Shown here in pieces: positions 1 through 10,777 of a DNA stretch of 64,000 bases. How positions within the stretch are numbered: the stretch's first letter is position 1; every line of letters begins with the position of its first letter. A program made the position numbers and the translations under genes. Source of the DNA: Octopus bimaculoides (taxonomy: Eukaryota); the NCBI RefSeq assembly GCF_001194135.2, contig NC_068984.1:131523264-131587263 (forward strand), read 5' to 3'. The notes below the pieces were generated by a model that had not been told where the DNA came from, ran no database searches, and worked only from the letters and a program-made list of their open reading frames with translations.

Positions 1-138
1 AATATGTCATACGGTTTCACCATTTTGTCCATAAATTCTGCACTTACCACTTTCTGATGTGTTGACTATTCTGTATTTTATGTAATTTGTTCTTAGTGCT
101 TGCTCTTGGGCAGCACAGATTAGAGCCTCCGTTTCCAG

Positions 139-143
<5 letters not shown>
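1..143 (-). mobile_element. 5'-truncated non-LTR retrotransposon fragment, R4/Dong-like (RLE-type), running off the window start
   Basis: The minus-strand frame reads KLETEALICAAQEQALRTNYIKYRIVNTSESGKCRIYGQNGETV. This matches the ETE..I.AAQ.QAL.TN / CR.C...ET..H region preceding the CCHC and RLE domains of R4/Dong-clade elements. It begins immediately after a (TAA)n tract at 144-173. Confidence 0.8.
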
Positions 144-174
<31 letters not shown>

Positions 175-468
175 TTTTCTTTTTATCTCAAGTTCTGTTT
201 TAACTCCTGGAGTCTTGCATGCATAGTGGGTAGCCTGTGGTACTATGCTATCTGTTCTTTTCAACTACTTAATATTTTCCTGATTATTCTGGCCATGCGA
301 AGGAGGTAAACCTTTTGTAACAGTTCTCCTGGGCACTCTATTCCAATTTCCTTATATTCCTCTTGATGCTTTCCGATACTGTCCTCAAGGACCCAACATC
401 AATTGGCACTATCTTCACCTTCTTCACTTTTCATAGCCAGGCAATTTCATACTTAAGAGGATAGTGCA
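144..468 (-). mobile_element. 3' end of an R4/Dong-like LINE with (TAA)n tail
   Basis: The minus strand gives a frameshifted LKYEIAWL*KVKKVKIVPIDVGSL..., then a LLQK..LL..ARIIRK-like segment (RLE C-terminus), a short 3' UTR and a (TAA)n tail at 144-173. Its 5' side abuts another TAA-rich tract at 469-545. Confidence 0.75.
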
Positions 469-1010
469 TATTATTATTATTATTATTAATTATTAATTAT
501 TATTATTATTATTGATATTATTATTGTTATTATTATATTTTTATTAGTCAATTGGTTAAACATTCAACCAGTTAATTAATCAATTGTTTGATTAAACATT
601 CAGTCAATCAATCAATTGGATTTGTCAAAGTTCTTTCATTGCTATTCACAAATTCATCAATAACATGCCCTTTCAGCTCTAAATTTGCTTCAGATTAGAC
701 AAACAAAGCTGATTGATTTACTGACTGAACAATTAATCAAACAAACGATTAGCTAATTGGTTAAATGATTAACCAAGAAACTAATAATAATAAGAGAAGC
801 GAAATAGAACCAGCTCAAGTGTTTATTATTGGTATAATGATCCTCCCAAGATACAACAAAACATCTTCATTTACACAGTATTTTCATGCATTTTCTTATG
901 AATATTCAGGAAATTTATTAGGATTTTCAAATTAGAGATTGAACTAGCACTATTCTAGAGAACAACTCAAGCAGACTTTGAGTGAATGTGTCTGCTTCTT
1001 GGTAAACATA

Positions 1011-1166
1011 CCTATAACTGTTCAAGAGAATGCACCTATCACTGTACCAGGGAATAAATCTGGCACTGTCATAGAGAACAAACCTATAACTATTATAAAG
1101 AACAATTGTATCACTGTTACAGAGAACAAGCTTATCAGTGTTATAAAAACAGACCTAGCACTGTTG
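1011..1166. repeat. Degenerate 24-bp minisatellite, about 6.5 units
   Basis: Units: cctataactgttcaagagaatgca / cctatcactgtaccagggaataaa / tctggcactgtcatagagaacaaa / cctataactattataaagaacaat / tgtatcactgttacagagaacaag / cttatcagtgttataaaaacagac. Confidence 0.75.
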
Positions 1167-1190
1167 CAAATTATGCAGTAATTTACTCAA

Positions 1191-1230
1191 CCCTAACCCT
1201 AACCCTAACCCTAACCCTAACCCTAACCCT
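1191..1230. repeat. Interstitial telomere-type repeat (CCCTAA)6.7
   Basis: A perfect CCCTAA array is read directly; TTAGGG is the common metazoan telomeric unit. Confidence 0.9.
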
Positions 1231-1365
1231 TTCTTTGATAGGCACAGGCATGGCTATGAGGTTAAGAAGCTTACTTTGCATTCACATGGTTTGGGTTCAA
1301 TCCCTCTGCACAGTTGACCAATGCCTTATGAATGAATTTGCTAGATAGAAACTGTGGAAGTTTGT

Positions 1366-1403
<38 letters not shown>

Positions 1404-2697
1404 GTATTTCTTAATTGCTTATTTATTCTAACAACTGCAATTATGTTTGAATTATAAATTACATGCTCTAAAGTGACACCACATGTTTTGCTTATTCATT
1501 CTTTCTTTCTAATTTGTGTGTGTGTGTGTGTGTGTGTGTGTCCCGTATCTTCACTTGACAACTGGTGTTGGTTTGTTTACATCCCTATAACACAGTAAAA
1601 AAAAAAACACCAGTAGATAAGCACCAGAGTTGAAAAAAAAATAAGTACAAGGATCAATTAATTCAACTTAAACCCTTCAAAGTGATACTCCAGAATGGCC
1701 ACAGTCCAATGACTGAAACATGTAAAAGATTTAAAAGATAGGCGGCAAACAATCAAAATAACTAACTAACTGTATAACATCAACTTGTAAATATAGCCTT
1801 AAAATCAATAGATCCATTTACCATAACTTATCTTTGCAAATCTGAATTTTTCTACTCTGCTACATAACAAAAAACATAAGACAAAGAAGAGAATGGAATC
1901 AAGCTTCATTTATCATATGAGATAGATATTCACATATTCTAAACCAAATATTGAGAAATTAGCAAAACTAGTGAAAAATAGGCAACAACAAAAGAGTCAC
2001 AAATAATGTTGTTCGCTTTTAATGTCCTCCATATTTGTAGTTAACTGTGTGATGTCAGAGATTTTCATGAAGATGGTGCAGTTATTTGGCAATAAATGTT
2101 TTTCATCTTTTTTTATCTCTTGCTTTTATTTTTATCTTTTACTTGTTTTATTCACTACATTCATCTCTAACCATCCAGTACTCACATTCTTATAAACACC
2201 ACCCCACCCCACCTCCAGATCCACTACCCATATTAGCACTTGCTTCTTGAGGGTTTTGCTCTTCACACCCCATCACCACCATCTCACATTTACCCAGATA
2301 CTTCCATCCCCCCTTATATAAATGCAGGGTAGTCATGCATTTTCTCTATAGAAAGATACCTCTAACTCTTTGTCCCTATTTGTTCCTGGGATAAAAATCA
2401 CCTCTCCACCCTCTCAAATATTATTCCTCTTAATCGAGAGGGATTTTCTCTTTTCCTTTTCCATGTTCTTTTCTGTCTTGTAAGTTACTAGCCGACATCA
2501 CTGGCATCAGAAGCAAGTATAAGTACCCAGTACACACTATAAAGTGGATTCTGTTAAGAAGGGCATCCAACCATAGAAATCATGCCAAAGCCCATGGGGA
2601 AGCTGATGTGGAGCATGATGCAGCCCTGTGGCTTGCCATATCCTGTTCTACTGTAGGCACAAGGCCCGAAATTTTGGGGGAGGTGGCCACTCGATTA

Positions 2698-3066
2698 GGA
2701 GAACACACTAAATACTGTAGTCCTTGATACACTGAGATGAAAAATAGATGAGATGTTTATGGGCAAACATACTAAATAGTGTACTCCTATGTACACTAGG
2801 TCTGAAAGTAGATGAGATGCACATAGAACACACTAAATGGTGTAGTCCTTGATACACAAGGCCTGAGAGAAAGATGACATGCCCATATCAGAAAACTAAA
2901 TAGTGTAGTCCTCAATACACTAGATCTGGAAAAAGATGAGATGTTCATTGGAGAACATACTGGATAGTGTAGTCCTTGGTACACTAGGTCTGAAAAAAGA
3001 TGATACATTGTAGGTCTATGATGTAAGGGCTGATTTGAATTAGACAAAAACAACAACAACAACAAC
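2698..3066 (+). repeat. Five ~60-63-bp tandem units ending in a (CAA)n-tailed SINE-like 3' end
   Basis: Approximate consensus AGAACAYACTAAATAGTGTAGTCCTTGATACACTAGGTCTGAAAAAAGATGAGATG, followed by ...agggctgatttgaattagac and (CAA)n at about 3049-3066. Confidence 0.8.
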
Positions 3067-4655
3067 ATCAAGTGGCAACAGTGAAAAAGAAAGAGCTGTG
3101 CCTATGAAAAGAAGAGTAAATTGAATGCATGGAATCTATTCATAAATTAAAATACTGAAATAAATGCATTGTGTTTGGTATCGCATGAACATTAGTTTGT
3201 TAATGTATCGTTAACATCAACAATCACTCGTCAAAGTAAAGTCTAATTCATATGATTGAAATTGTAAAGCGTTTTTGTGAAAAATCATTAAATAGTTTAC
3301 AATATACAAACTAAGAGTAACAATAGACTTTAGAGTTGTACTTGTTTTACAAATGATTTGATCCGAGATAATGTGTTGTGTGTTGCATCGTGAGACAATT
3401 ATGTCGTGGTAAAGTACATTTTAGCCTTTTAAGAATAACATAAAAATTGTTATATTCAGGGTTTTATATATTTCATACACACACACACATACATACATAT
3501 TTATATATATGTATTTTGTTTCTGAATAGTGTAATCTTTTATGTCAGAGAGTTTCATTGCACTTCTGCAACCTGGTGACTGACACAATTCCATTACCACA
3601 GTTCCATAGATGCAATAGAATTGTGTCACTGAGCAGATCACAGAAGTACGATAGAACTTTTATACCTCATAGACAGTATTATTAAGAACTAACTGAAAGG
3701 AGAATGTAACAGTGTTTTCTTATAACAATGCTTTTTTTAAATGACTACAATGACTTTTCCACAATGTAATTCACAATAAATTCATTCTACTCCAAATGTA
3801 CAGGAATAACAGGAAAGTATCAATAACAACTTTATATTTGTACTTGTTTGGCAAGTTACTTTGCTCTGAGATCATGTGTTGTGATTGGAATAATTAGAAC
3901 AAGGAAATGCCCTTTTAACCATCAAAAAACTGAGGTAGCCATATGTCTCCCTTTAGCAATACATCTGTTCCTGTCCCTCTCTCATACTTTAGCTGTTTAT
4001 CACTTAACATAAAAACCATCTTTCTCAGAACTACTCCCCACTCAATTAAGAGGGTCTTGTCTTGTAAGTCATTTTGGTGACCTCACTAGTACCAGTGCCA
4101 CATAAAAACCACCCAGTACACTCTGTGAAGTGGTTGGCATTAGGAAGGGCATCCAGCTTTAGAAAACCATGTCAAAGCAGACATTGAAGTATGGTGTAGT
4201 CCTCTTGCTCATTAGCTCCTGCTGAACCAATCAACCCATGCCAGCATGAAAAACAGTCATTGACTCCTTCAGTCACATAAAAAAGTAAAACTATTTTTTA
4301 ATTTTCATTTTCTATTTATTCTAAAAGACAGGTAAATAACACATATTGAGTAAATTTTTAAAGAATTCAATATTCAATATGCTTAATTTTTGTCATGGAT
4401 AAATAAAAATTCTGCTAACACTAGGTAAAAATAATCCCAGTTTACTTACATCTGTAAGATTTACGAGAAGACACAGCCATCCTCTATGGCTTGTGAGCAA
4501 ACACTGAGTCAGAATCACATGGTCTTGGTTATATATATGCGTTTTAGGGGTGTCCAATGAATTGGTAACTGTGACTCAATTATAATTTATATTTCTTTTG
4601 TAATTTATGTGGAAAAATTGCCCAGTACGTTGGACAAAGTGACTGAAGGGATTAA

Positions 4656-4657
<2 letters not shown>

Positions 4658-4704
<47 letters not shown>
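4658..4704. repeat. (GAT)n microsatellite
   Basis: Read directly. Confidence 0.95.
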
Positions 4705-4706
<2 letters not shown>

Positions 4707-6189
4707 AAAAACACACAAAAACTGTTAGATTCACTTTACAGTTATTTAGGGAGATAATCAAATTTTTGTCCCCCTATTGCCATCTGGTCACTAATACAGT
4801 TCACAATTTACTCATCTGGTTGCTATGAGTAGTGTAGGGCAGGAGGAAACTCCTTAAACAAGCTTTCACAATCATTATGTAGTTTTAGCTTCAAACAAAC
4901 CTTCAAACAATACACTTAGCAAGTAAACCTCTAACAATTTAAAAAACATAACTGCCAACACCATAACACTCTATTTTCTGTTCCCTAAAAATGTAAAACC
5001 ATTTAATGTCTCAGACAAAAAGAAATCAATGTTTTATTCTCATCTAAGGTGATGAGTCAAAAGTTGTGGTTTAACCCTTTTATCCGGCAGATTTATGAGG
5101 AAGATATTCCACTTGTAACCATCTTGTCTCTATTTTTCAGATTTATCTAAGCTTGTATTATCTAAGGTGTCCTTCTATTTTAAAGATAACAAAATGTGGT
5201 TTGCAGAAGATTTGACTGTAATTTCTTGCAAATCAAGTGACCTCATACAGACTCTGTCATTGGCCCATAAATAAGAAGTTGGGAGTTATCCTATCATGGA
5301 TACTCTATCATGGACATTCCATGCTGTCTGTTGCCAAGAAGCTAAACTTCCAATAGCCAAATCCACATATCATAAAGCAGAAAGTATGGGGGAAATATCT
5401 AACTGCTGCAAGCAGTTAGATATTTCCCTCATATGTGTAGTCATACATCCATCCCCTGGTCATTTAGACCTGCATGGTTCTTCCAAGAGTGCTTTTCACT
5501 GAGTGTCCAAAGCAGCTGATACATTCACTGTGAAAAAATTAGAAGACCTGCCCAAGGAGCTATGCTTTGGGACTGAACCAGAAACTTCATAGTTGCAAAG
5601 CAAGCTTCTTAACCACACAGCCATGCCTGCCTCAACCACAGGCATTCTTAATGACCTTGTGAAAGGCATGAACATTGCACAATCTCATTGCTCCATTTTA
5701 AAAATATTCACAGATTGCTGTTTAGCTCTCGGTCAGCCTTGATCTATTGATCAGACACTATGATGAAAGACAATCCTAATTATGACCATCTGGGCTTATT
5801 CTGACATAGTTTCTAAGTAGGATATTTCACCATCAAATGTGTCATTCCTTTTAATGAGAGTAGAAAGTAATTCGAGATTTAGTGGCTAGTTCTAATAGGT
5901 TGAACAACCAGATAAAGGATCATTCACTGGTAAAAAAATCTAAGGCTTTGTGTTTAAGAAATTTATAGTTTATCATTGGGTGAAGCATGGTTGAGTAAAC
6001 CAGAATGATTGTATCATTTGTTGTAGCACATCTTTCTTATTTATTCCCTTACACACACAAAGTATTCAGCTCTGAAGTAAGTATGTTGTCTATTTATCAA
6101 GTGGTGCCACTGAGGTAATTTAGTCATGTTACACTGCAAAAGCAAGAATTGTTTGTCCCTTTATTTAGAAACATCTAAGCAAATACAAT

Positions 6190-6389
6190 GATTTCAAATT
6201 TTTGCCACAAGGGCAGCTTGGGGGAAGGGATTAAGTCAATTACATCAACCCCAGTGTTTCACAGGTACTTAATTTATCGACCCTGAAAGGATGAAAGGCA
6301 AAGTCGACCTCAATGGAATTTGAACTCAGAACGTATTGAAGGACAAAATGCCACTAAGCATTTCAACCGGTGTGCTAACGAATCTGCTA
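6190..6389 (-). mobile_element. tRNA-headed SINE, family B (core ctttgcctttcatcctttcggggtcgataaattaagtaccag)
   Basis: Reverse complement of the family-B head with B-box-like GAGTTCAAATTCC plus the core; many other copies occur in the window. Confidence 0.8.
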
Positions 6390-6700
6390 TTTAAGCAAAT
6401 ATAATAATGTTTATCTGTAATAATTTTGTTAGCCACAGATAGCAGCAAAGTTATATGAAATCATTATCATTGTCATTATTTTAACATCCACTTTTCTATA
6501 CTGGTATGGGTCGGATGGAATTTGTGGAGGCAGATTTTCTACAGATAGATACCCTTCCTGTCATCAACCTTCACCTGTTTCCAAGTGAGATGATATTTCT
6601 CCAAAGCCAAACATGTTTTCTGGGAACTGTCATATGACAGTGACTCTTGTTTACAACTTATCATGTGATGTCAAGACTACAAGACACCAACTTAAACACA

Positions 6701-6950
6701 TACTCTTTTACTTGTTTCAGTCATTTGACTGCGGCCATGCTGGAGCACCACCTTTAGTCGAGCAAATCGACCCCAGGTCTTATTCTTTGTAAGCCTAGTA
6801 CTTATTCTATTGGTCACTTTTGCTGAACAGCTAAGTTATGGGGACCCAAACACACCAGCATCGGTTGTCAAGTGATGTTGGGGGGAAAAACACAGACACT
6901 CAAACACACACACATATATATATATACATATATATATGACGGGCTTCTTT
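6701..6950 (-). mobile_element. SINE family A, 3' half
   Basis: Tail tactcttttacttgtttcagtcatttgactgcggccatgctggagcacc, nearly identical to the copies at 32095, 40926, 51341 and 60341. Confidence 0.85.
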
Positions 6951-7154
6951 TTGATAAAAAAAAATAATTCCTGTTTAACAAAGAATTTGATATGATGCAA
7001 AATGTTCCCCCAATGCTGTTCTTATAGTCATCTGTAACATCATTTCTCAAACTGTCCAAATGTTTTGACTCCTCCACAAACTCTCGTTTCCAAAATTCTT
7101 TGTCTCTCACTCTCTAAGTGATCAAAATTACAGCAACTGGAATTACTGAGCACA

Positions 7155-7168
7155 CTACTACAACAACA

Positions 7169-7233
<65 letters not shown>

Positions 7234-7284
7234 GACAACTACTACTACTACAACTACTACATATACTACTACTACTACTACTAC
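7155..7284. repeat. (CTA)n microsatellite running into an assembly gap
   Basis: Read directly. Confidence 0.95.
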
Positions 7285-7835
7285 NNNNNNNNNNNNNNNN
7301 NNNNNNNNNNNNNNNNNNNNNNNNNNNNNNNNNNNNNNNNNNNNNNNNNNNNNNNNNNNNNNNNNNNNNNNNNNNNNNNNNNNNNNNNNNNNNNNNNNNN
7401 NNNNNNNNNNNNNNNNNNNNNNNNNNNNNNNNNNNNNNNNNNNNNNNNNNNNNNNNNNNNNNNNNNNNNNNNNNNNNNNNNNNNNNNNNNNNNNNNNNNN
7501 NNNNNNNNNNNNNCTCCCTTCCTCCCCCCCCAACCCCGTTTTATAAACCCAGCATCACTTAAATTAATCTCAAATTTCATGAGTTTGTCCAAATAATAAA
7601 CAGTGGAACAACAGTTGAATAAGCAGCAGCAGCATCGAGAAAATTGATGGCTTCTGAAAGTCTCAAAGGATTTTCCTATCAACTTCTGAAAATTATGGAC
7701 AGTGAGAGGGAGGGTGGAAAAGGATGGGATGGAGGTAGGAGATGATGCGGGGTGGGTAAAAGACAAAACCAAAAACAGCAAAAAGAAAAAAAAAACAAGC
7801 TAAAATACACACAGGGGTATAATTTTGCATTCAGA

Positions 7836-8047
7836 CACATACATGCATTCATGCATGTATGCATACATGAATGCATACATACATAGATGCGTACATACAT
7901 AGCTGCATACACACATGCATGCATACATACATGCATGTATACATAGCTGCATACATACATAGATAGGTAGATGCATACATACATGCATACATACGTGCAC
8001 ACTTAATAGCATACACATATGCATACATAAATGCACGCATACATACA

Positions 8048-8081
<34 letters not shown>

Positions 8082-8295
8082 TACTTACATATATACATGC
8101 ATACACATACATACCTGGAAGGAAACATACATACATGTAAGCATACAAACATACACATATACACAAATGGATGCAAACATACATGTGTATGCATACATAC
8201 GCACACATATGCATACATATATACACATACACGCATACATATATACATACATGCATACATACACAACCACACAGACATACACACATACACATCTA
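7836..8295. repeat. Compound (CATA)/(TA)/(CA) low-complexity tract
   Basis: Read directly; it produces the spurious MYVC/HTHT ORFs. Confidence 0.9.
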
Positions 8296-8841
8296 TGTAA
8301 AAATAAGAGTAAACAACTTAATTGGAGGCTAAATTTCAGAAGAATTTTAAAATGTGAGAGAAAAAACCCTATCTATTTTCAATGCCTGAATAATAAATTA
8401 TATTCATTTATACATATATTTATTTATTTAATTATCTATTTAATTAATTGCTTTTTTTTTTTTCTTAACTTCATTAAAGGCTACTGCAATAAAGCTTGAA
8501 TTCACTGAATTAAAACCAACAGGTAATCAACTGTGGAAACTGGATACATTATTAGTTTTGGGTTGTAGTATTTGTTTTTTCTTATTGTCCTAGATACTGA
8601 TGTTGTTGCTGACGTTATTGTCGCCGTTGGGTGTGGTTACTGTTAAAGGCCTTGCAGTGTGGAAGCAGGTGTGAGTGTTTTTAGTTAGTTAGTTTGCAAA
8701 TAAATTACTTTTAAGATCTTTATATTATGACACTTTCATTCACATAAACAGCACCTTGAATATCGATTGGGTAGTGCTTGTGGCCATTGTCATGATTGCT
8801 TTCAAGCATAAAAGGCATTTTTCTATTCTGTTTAAAGAACA

Positions 8842-8842
8842 G

Positions 8843-8884
<42 letters not shown>

Positions 8885-9294
8885 TATCATCATCATCACC
8901 ATCATTTAACGTCCATTTTCCAAGTTGGCATGAGTTAGACAGTTTGACCAGAGCTGGTAAGCCAGAGAGCTGCACCAGGCTCCAGTGGTACATTTTGGCT
9001 TGATTTCTATGGCTAGATGCCCTTCTCAACAGCAACAGATAAAGGTTCCCTTTTACATGTCACCAGCATGGGTGCCTTTCACATACCACCAACACTGGCC
9101 ATGATTTCACTTAGTTTGACATGTCTACTTAAGCACAGCAAATCTCCAGATGTCTCGGTCACTTGTCATCACCTCTGTGAAGCTCAATAACCAAAGATCA
9201 TATTTCCCCACCCTGCTCCACATCTTCTTGGGTCTATCCCTTCCACAGGTTCCCTCTACAATGAGAGATTTGCACTTCCTTATACAGCTGTCCT
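8842..9294 (-). mobile_element. RTE-clade LINE 3' fragment with (GAT)n tail
   Basis: The minus strand carries a degenerate DSCIRKCKSLIVEGTCGRDRPKKMW...TEVMTSDRDIWRFAVL segment, the shared 3' UTR (gaagggcatctagccatagaaa...) and a (GAT)n tail. Confidence 0.8.
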
Positions 9295-9305
9295 TAACCA
9301 TATGC

Positions 9306-9693
9306 TTGTTGTTGTTGGCACTCCGTCGCTTACAGCGTCGAGGGTTCTGATTGATCCGATCAACGGAACAGCCTGCTCATGAAATTAACGTGCAAGTGGC
9401 TGAGCACTCCACAGACACGTGTACCCTTAACGTAGTTCTCGGGGATATTCAGCGTGACACAGTGTGACAAGGCTGACCCTTTGAATTACAGGCACAACAG
9501 AAACAGGAAGTAAGAGTGAGAGAAAGTTGTGGTGAAAGAGTACAGCAGGATTCACCACCATCCTCTGCTGGAGCCTCGTGGAGCTTTAGGTATTTTTCGC
9601 TCAATAATCACTCACAACGCCCAGTCTGTGAATCGAAACTGCGATCGTACGACTGCGAGTCCGCTGCCCTAACCACTGGGCCATTGCACCTCC
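9306..9693 (-). mobile_element. Full-length tRNA-derived SINE, family C, with (CAA)n tail and 11-bp TSD TAACCATATGC
   Basis: Head ggaggtgcaatggcccagtggttagggcagcggactcgcag...gtttcgattc contains A and B boxes. TSD copies lie at 9295-9305 and 9696-9706. Homologous to 15298-15677. Confidence 0.9.
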
Positions 9694-9774
9694 ACTAACC
9701 ATATGCACTAACCATATGCAATAAAATTATAAAACACTTCTATAACCTTTCACCTTCACCACAGTGAGAAACCA

Positions 9775-10023
9775 AGGCAAGGCTTTACGGTCTCAAATCC
9801 TATGGCTCATAAAGCTGGTTATTTGGTTTCCATGGTGAATAAGTGGCCAAAATGACAACATTCAAGATCCTAGTCTGTCGCATGGTTATTCATTTGCAGC
9901 TGAATGAACCAGAGCAACATGAAATGAATTTTTTGCTCAGGGACACAATACACCACTTGTCCAGGAAGGAATCCAACCTATGATCTAACAATCATGAGTG
10001 CAACATCCTAAACACCAGGCCCC
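9775..10023 (-). mobile_element. tRNA-headed SINE, family D (core gtgtccctgagcaaaaaattcatttcatgttgctc), degenerate
   Basis: Head and core homologous to 47716-47969 and 51022-51330, but with a different 3' tail. Confidence 0.6.
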
Positions 10024-10711
10024 GTGGTTTCACATTCATATAAACATACATCCATGCATACATGCATATATACATACACACATACATACATATATATATA
10101 TATATANNNNNNNNNNNNNNNNNNNNNNNNNNNNNNNNNNNNNNNNNNNNNNNNNNNNNNNNNNNNNNNNNNNNNNNNNNNNNNNNNNNNNNNNNNNNNN
10201 NNNNNNNNNNNNNNNNNNNNNNNNNNNNNNNNNNNNNNNNNNNNNNNNNNNNNNNNNNNNNNNNNNNNNNNNNNNNNNNNNNNNNNNNNNNNNNNNNNNN
10301 NNNNNNNNNNNNNNNNNNNNNNNNNNNNNNNNNNNNNNNNNNNNNNNNNNNNNNNNNNNNNNNNNNNNNNNNNNNNNNNNNNNNNNNNNNNNNNNNNNNN
10401 NNNNNNNNNNNNNNNNNNNNNNNNNNNNNNNNNNNNNNNNNNNNNNNNNNNNNNNNNNNNNNNNNNNNNNNNNNNNNNNNNNNNNNNNNNNNNNNNNNNN
10501 NNNNNNNNNNNNNNNNNNNNNNNNNNNNNNNNNNNNNNNNNNNNNNNNNNNNNNNNNNNNNNNNNNNNNNNNNNNNNNNNNNNNNNNNNNNNNNNNNNNN
10601 NNNNNNNNNNNNNNNNNNNNNNNNNNNNNNNNNNNNNNNNNNNNNNNNNNNNNNNNNNNNNNNNNNNNNNNNNNNNNNNNNNNNNNNNNNNNNNNNNNNN
10701 NNNNNNNNNNN

Positions 10712-10777
<66 letters not shown>

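Noticed and set aside
2160-2420. Pyrimidine-rich segment with a frameshifted ERYL.NSLSLFVPG, reminiscent of a Penelope GIY-YIG C-terminus
   Set aside because: The similarity is too short and requires a frameshift; it cannot be supported without a search.
2698-3008. 60-bp units as a CRISPR-like array, a ribozyme array or a box C/D snoRNA cluster
   Set aside because: There are no unique spacers or cas genes and the context is eukaryotic. The HHR GAAA is misplaced, and the C-box-like AAGAUGA is non-canonical.
4444-4570. Strong minus-strand donor (GAT/gtaagt) with a short open frame
   Set aside because: No polypyrimidine acceptor, an in-frame stop upstream, and no recognisable homology.
6965-7115. 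Minus-strand open frame RVRDKEFWKREFVEESKHLDSLRNDVTDDYKNSIGG after a possible ...cacttag acceptor
   Set aside because: There is no convincing donor, the frame runs into a SINE, and I recognise no protein family. RNA-seq or tblastn would be needed.
7560-7690. Minus-strand frame KLIGKSFETFRSHQFSRCCCCLFNCC after ...ataattttcag
   Set aside because: The donor is weak, the phase is incompatible with the neighbouring candidate, and the Cys run derives from a (GCA)n repeat.
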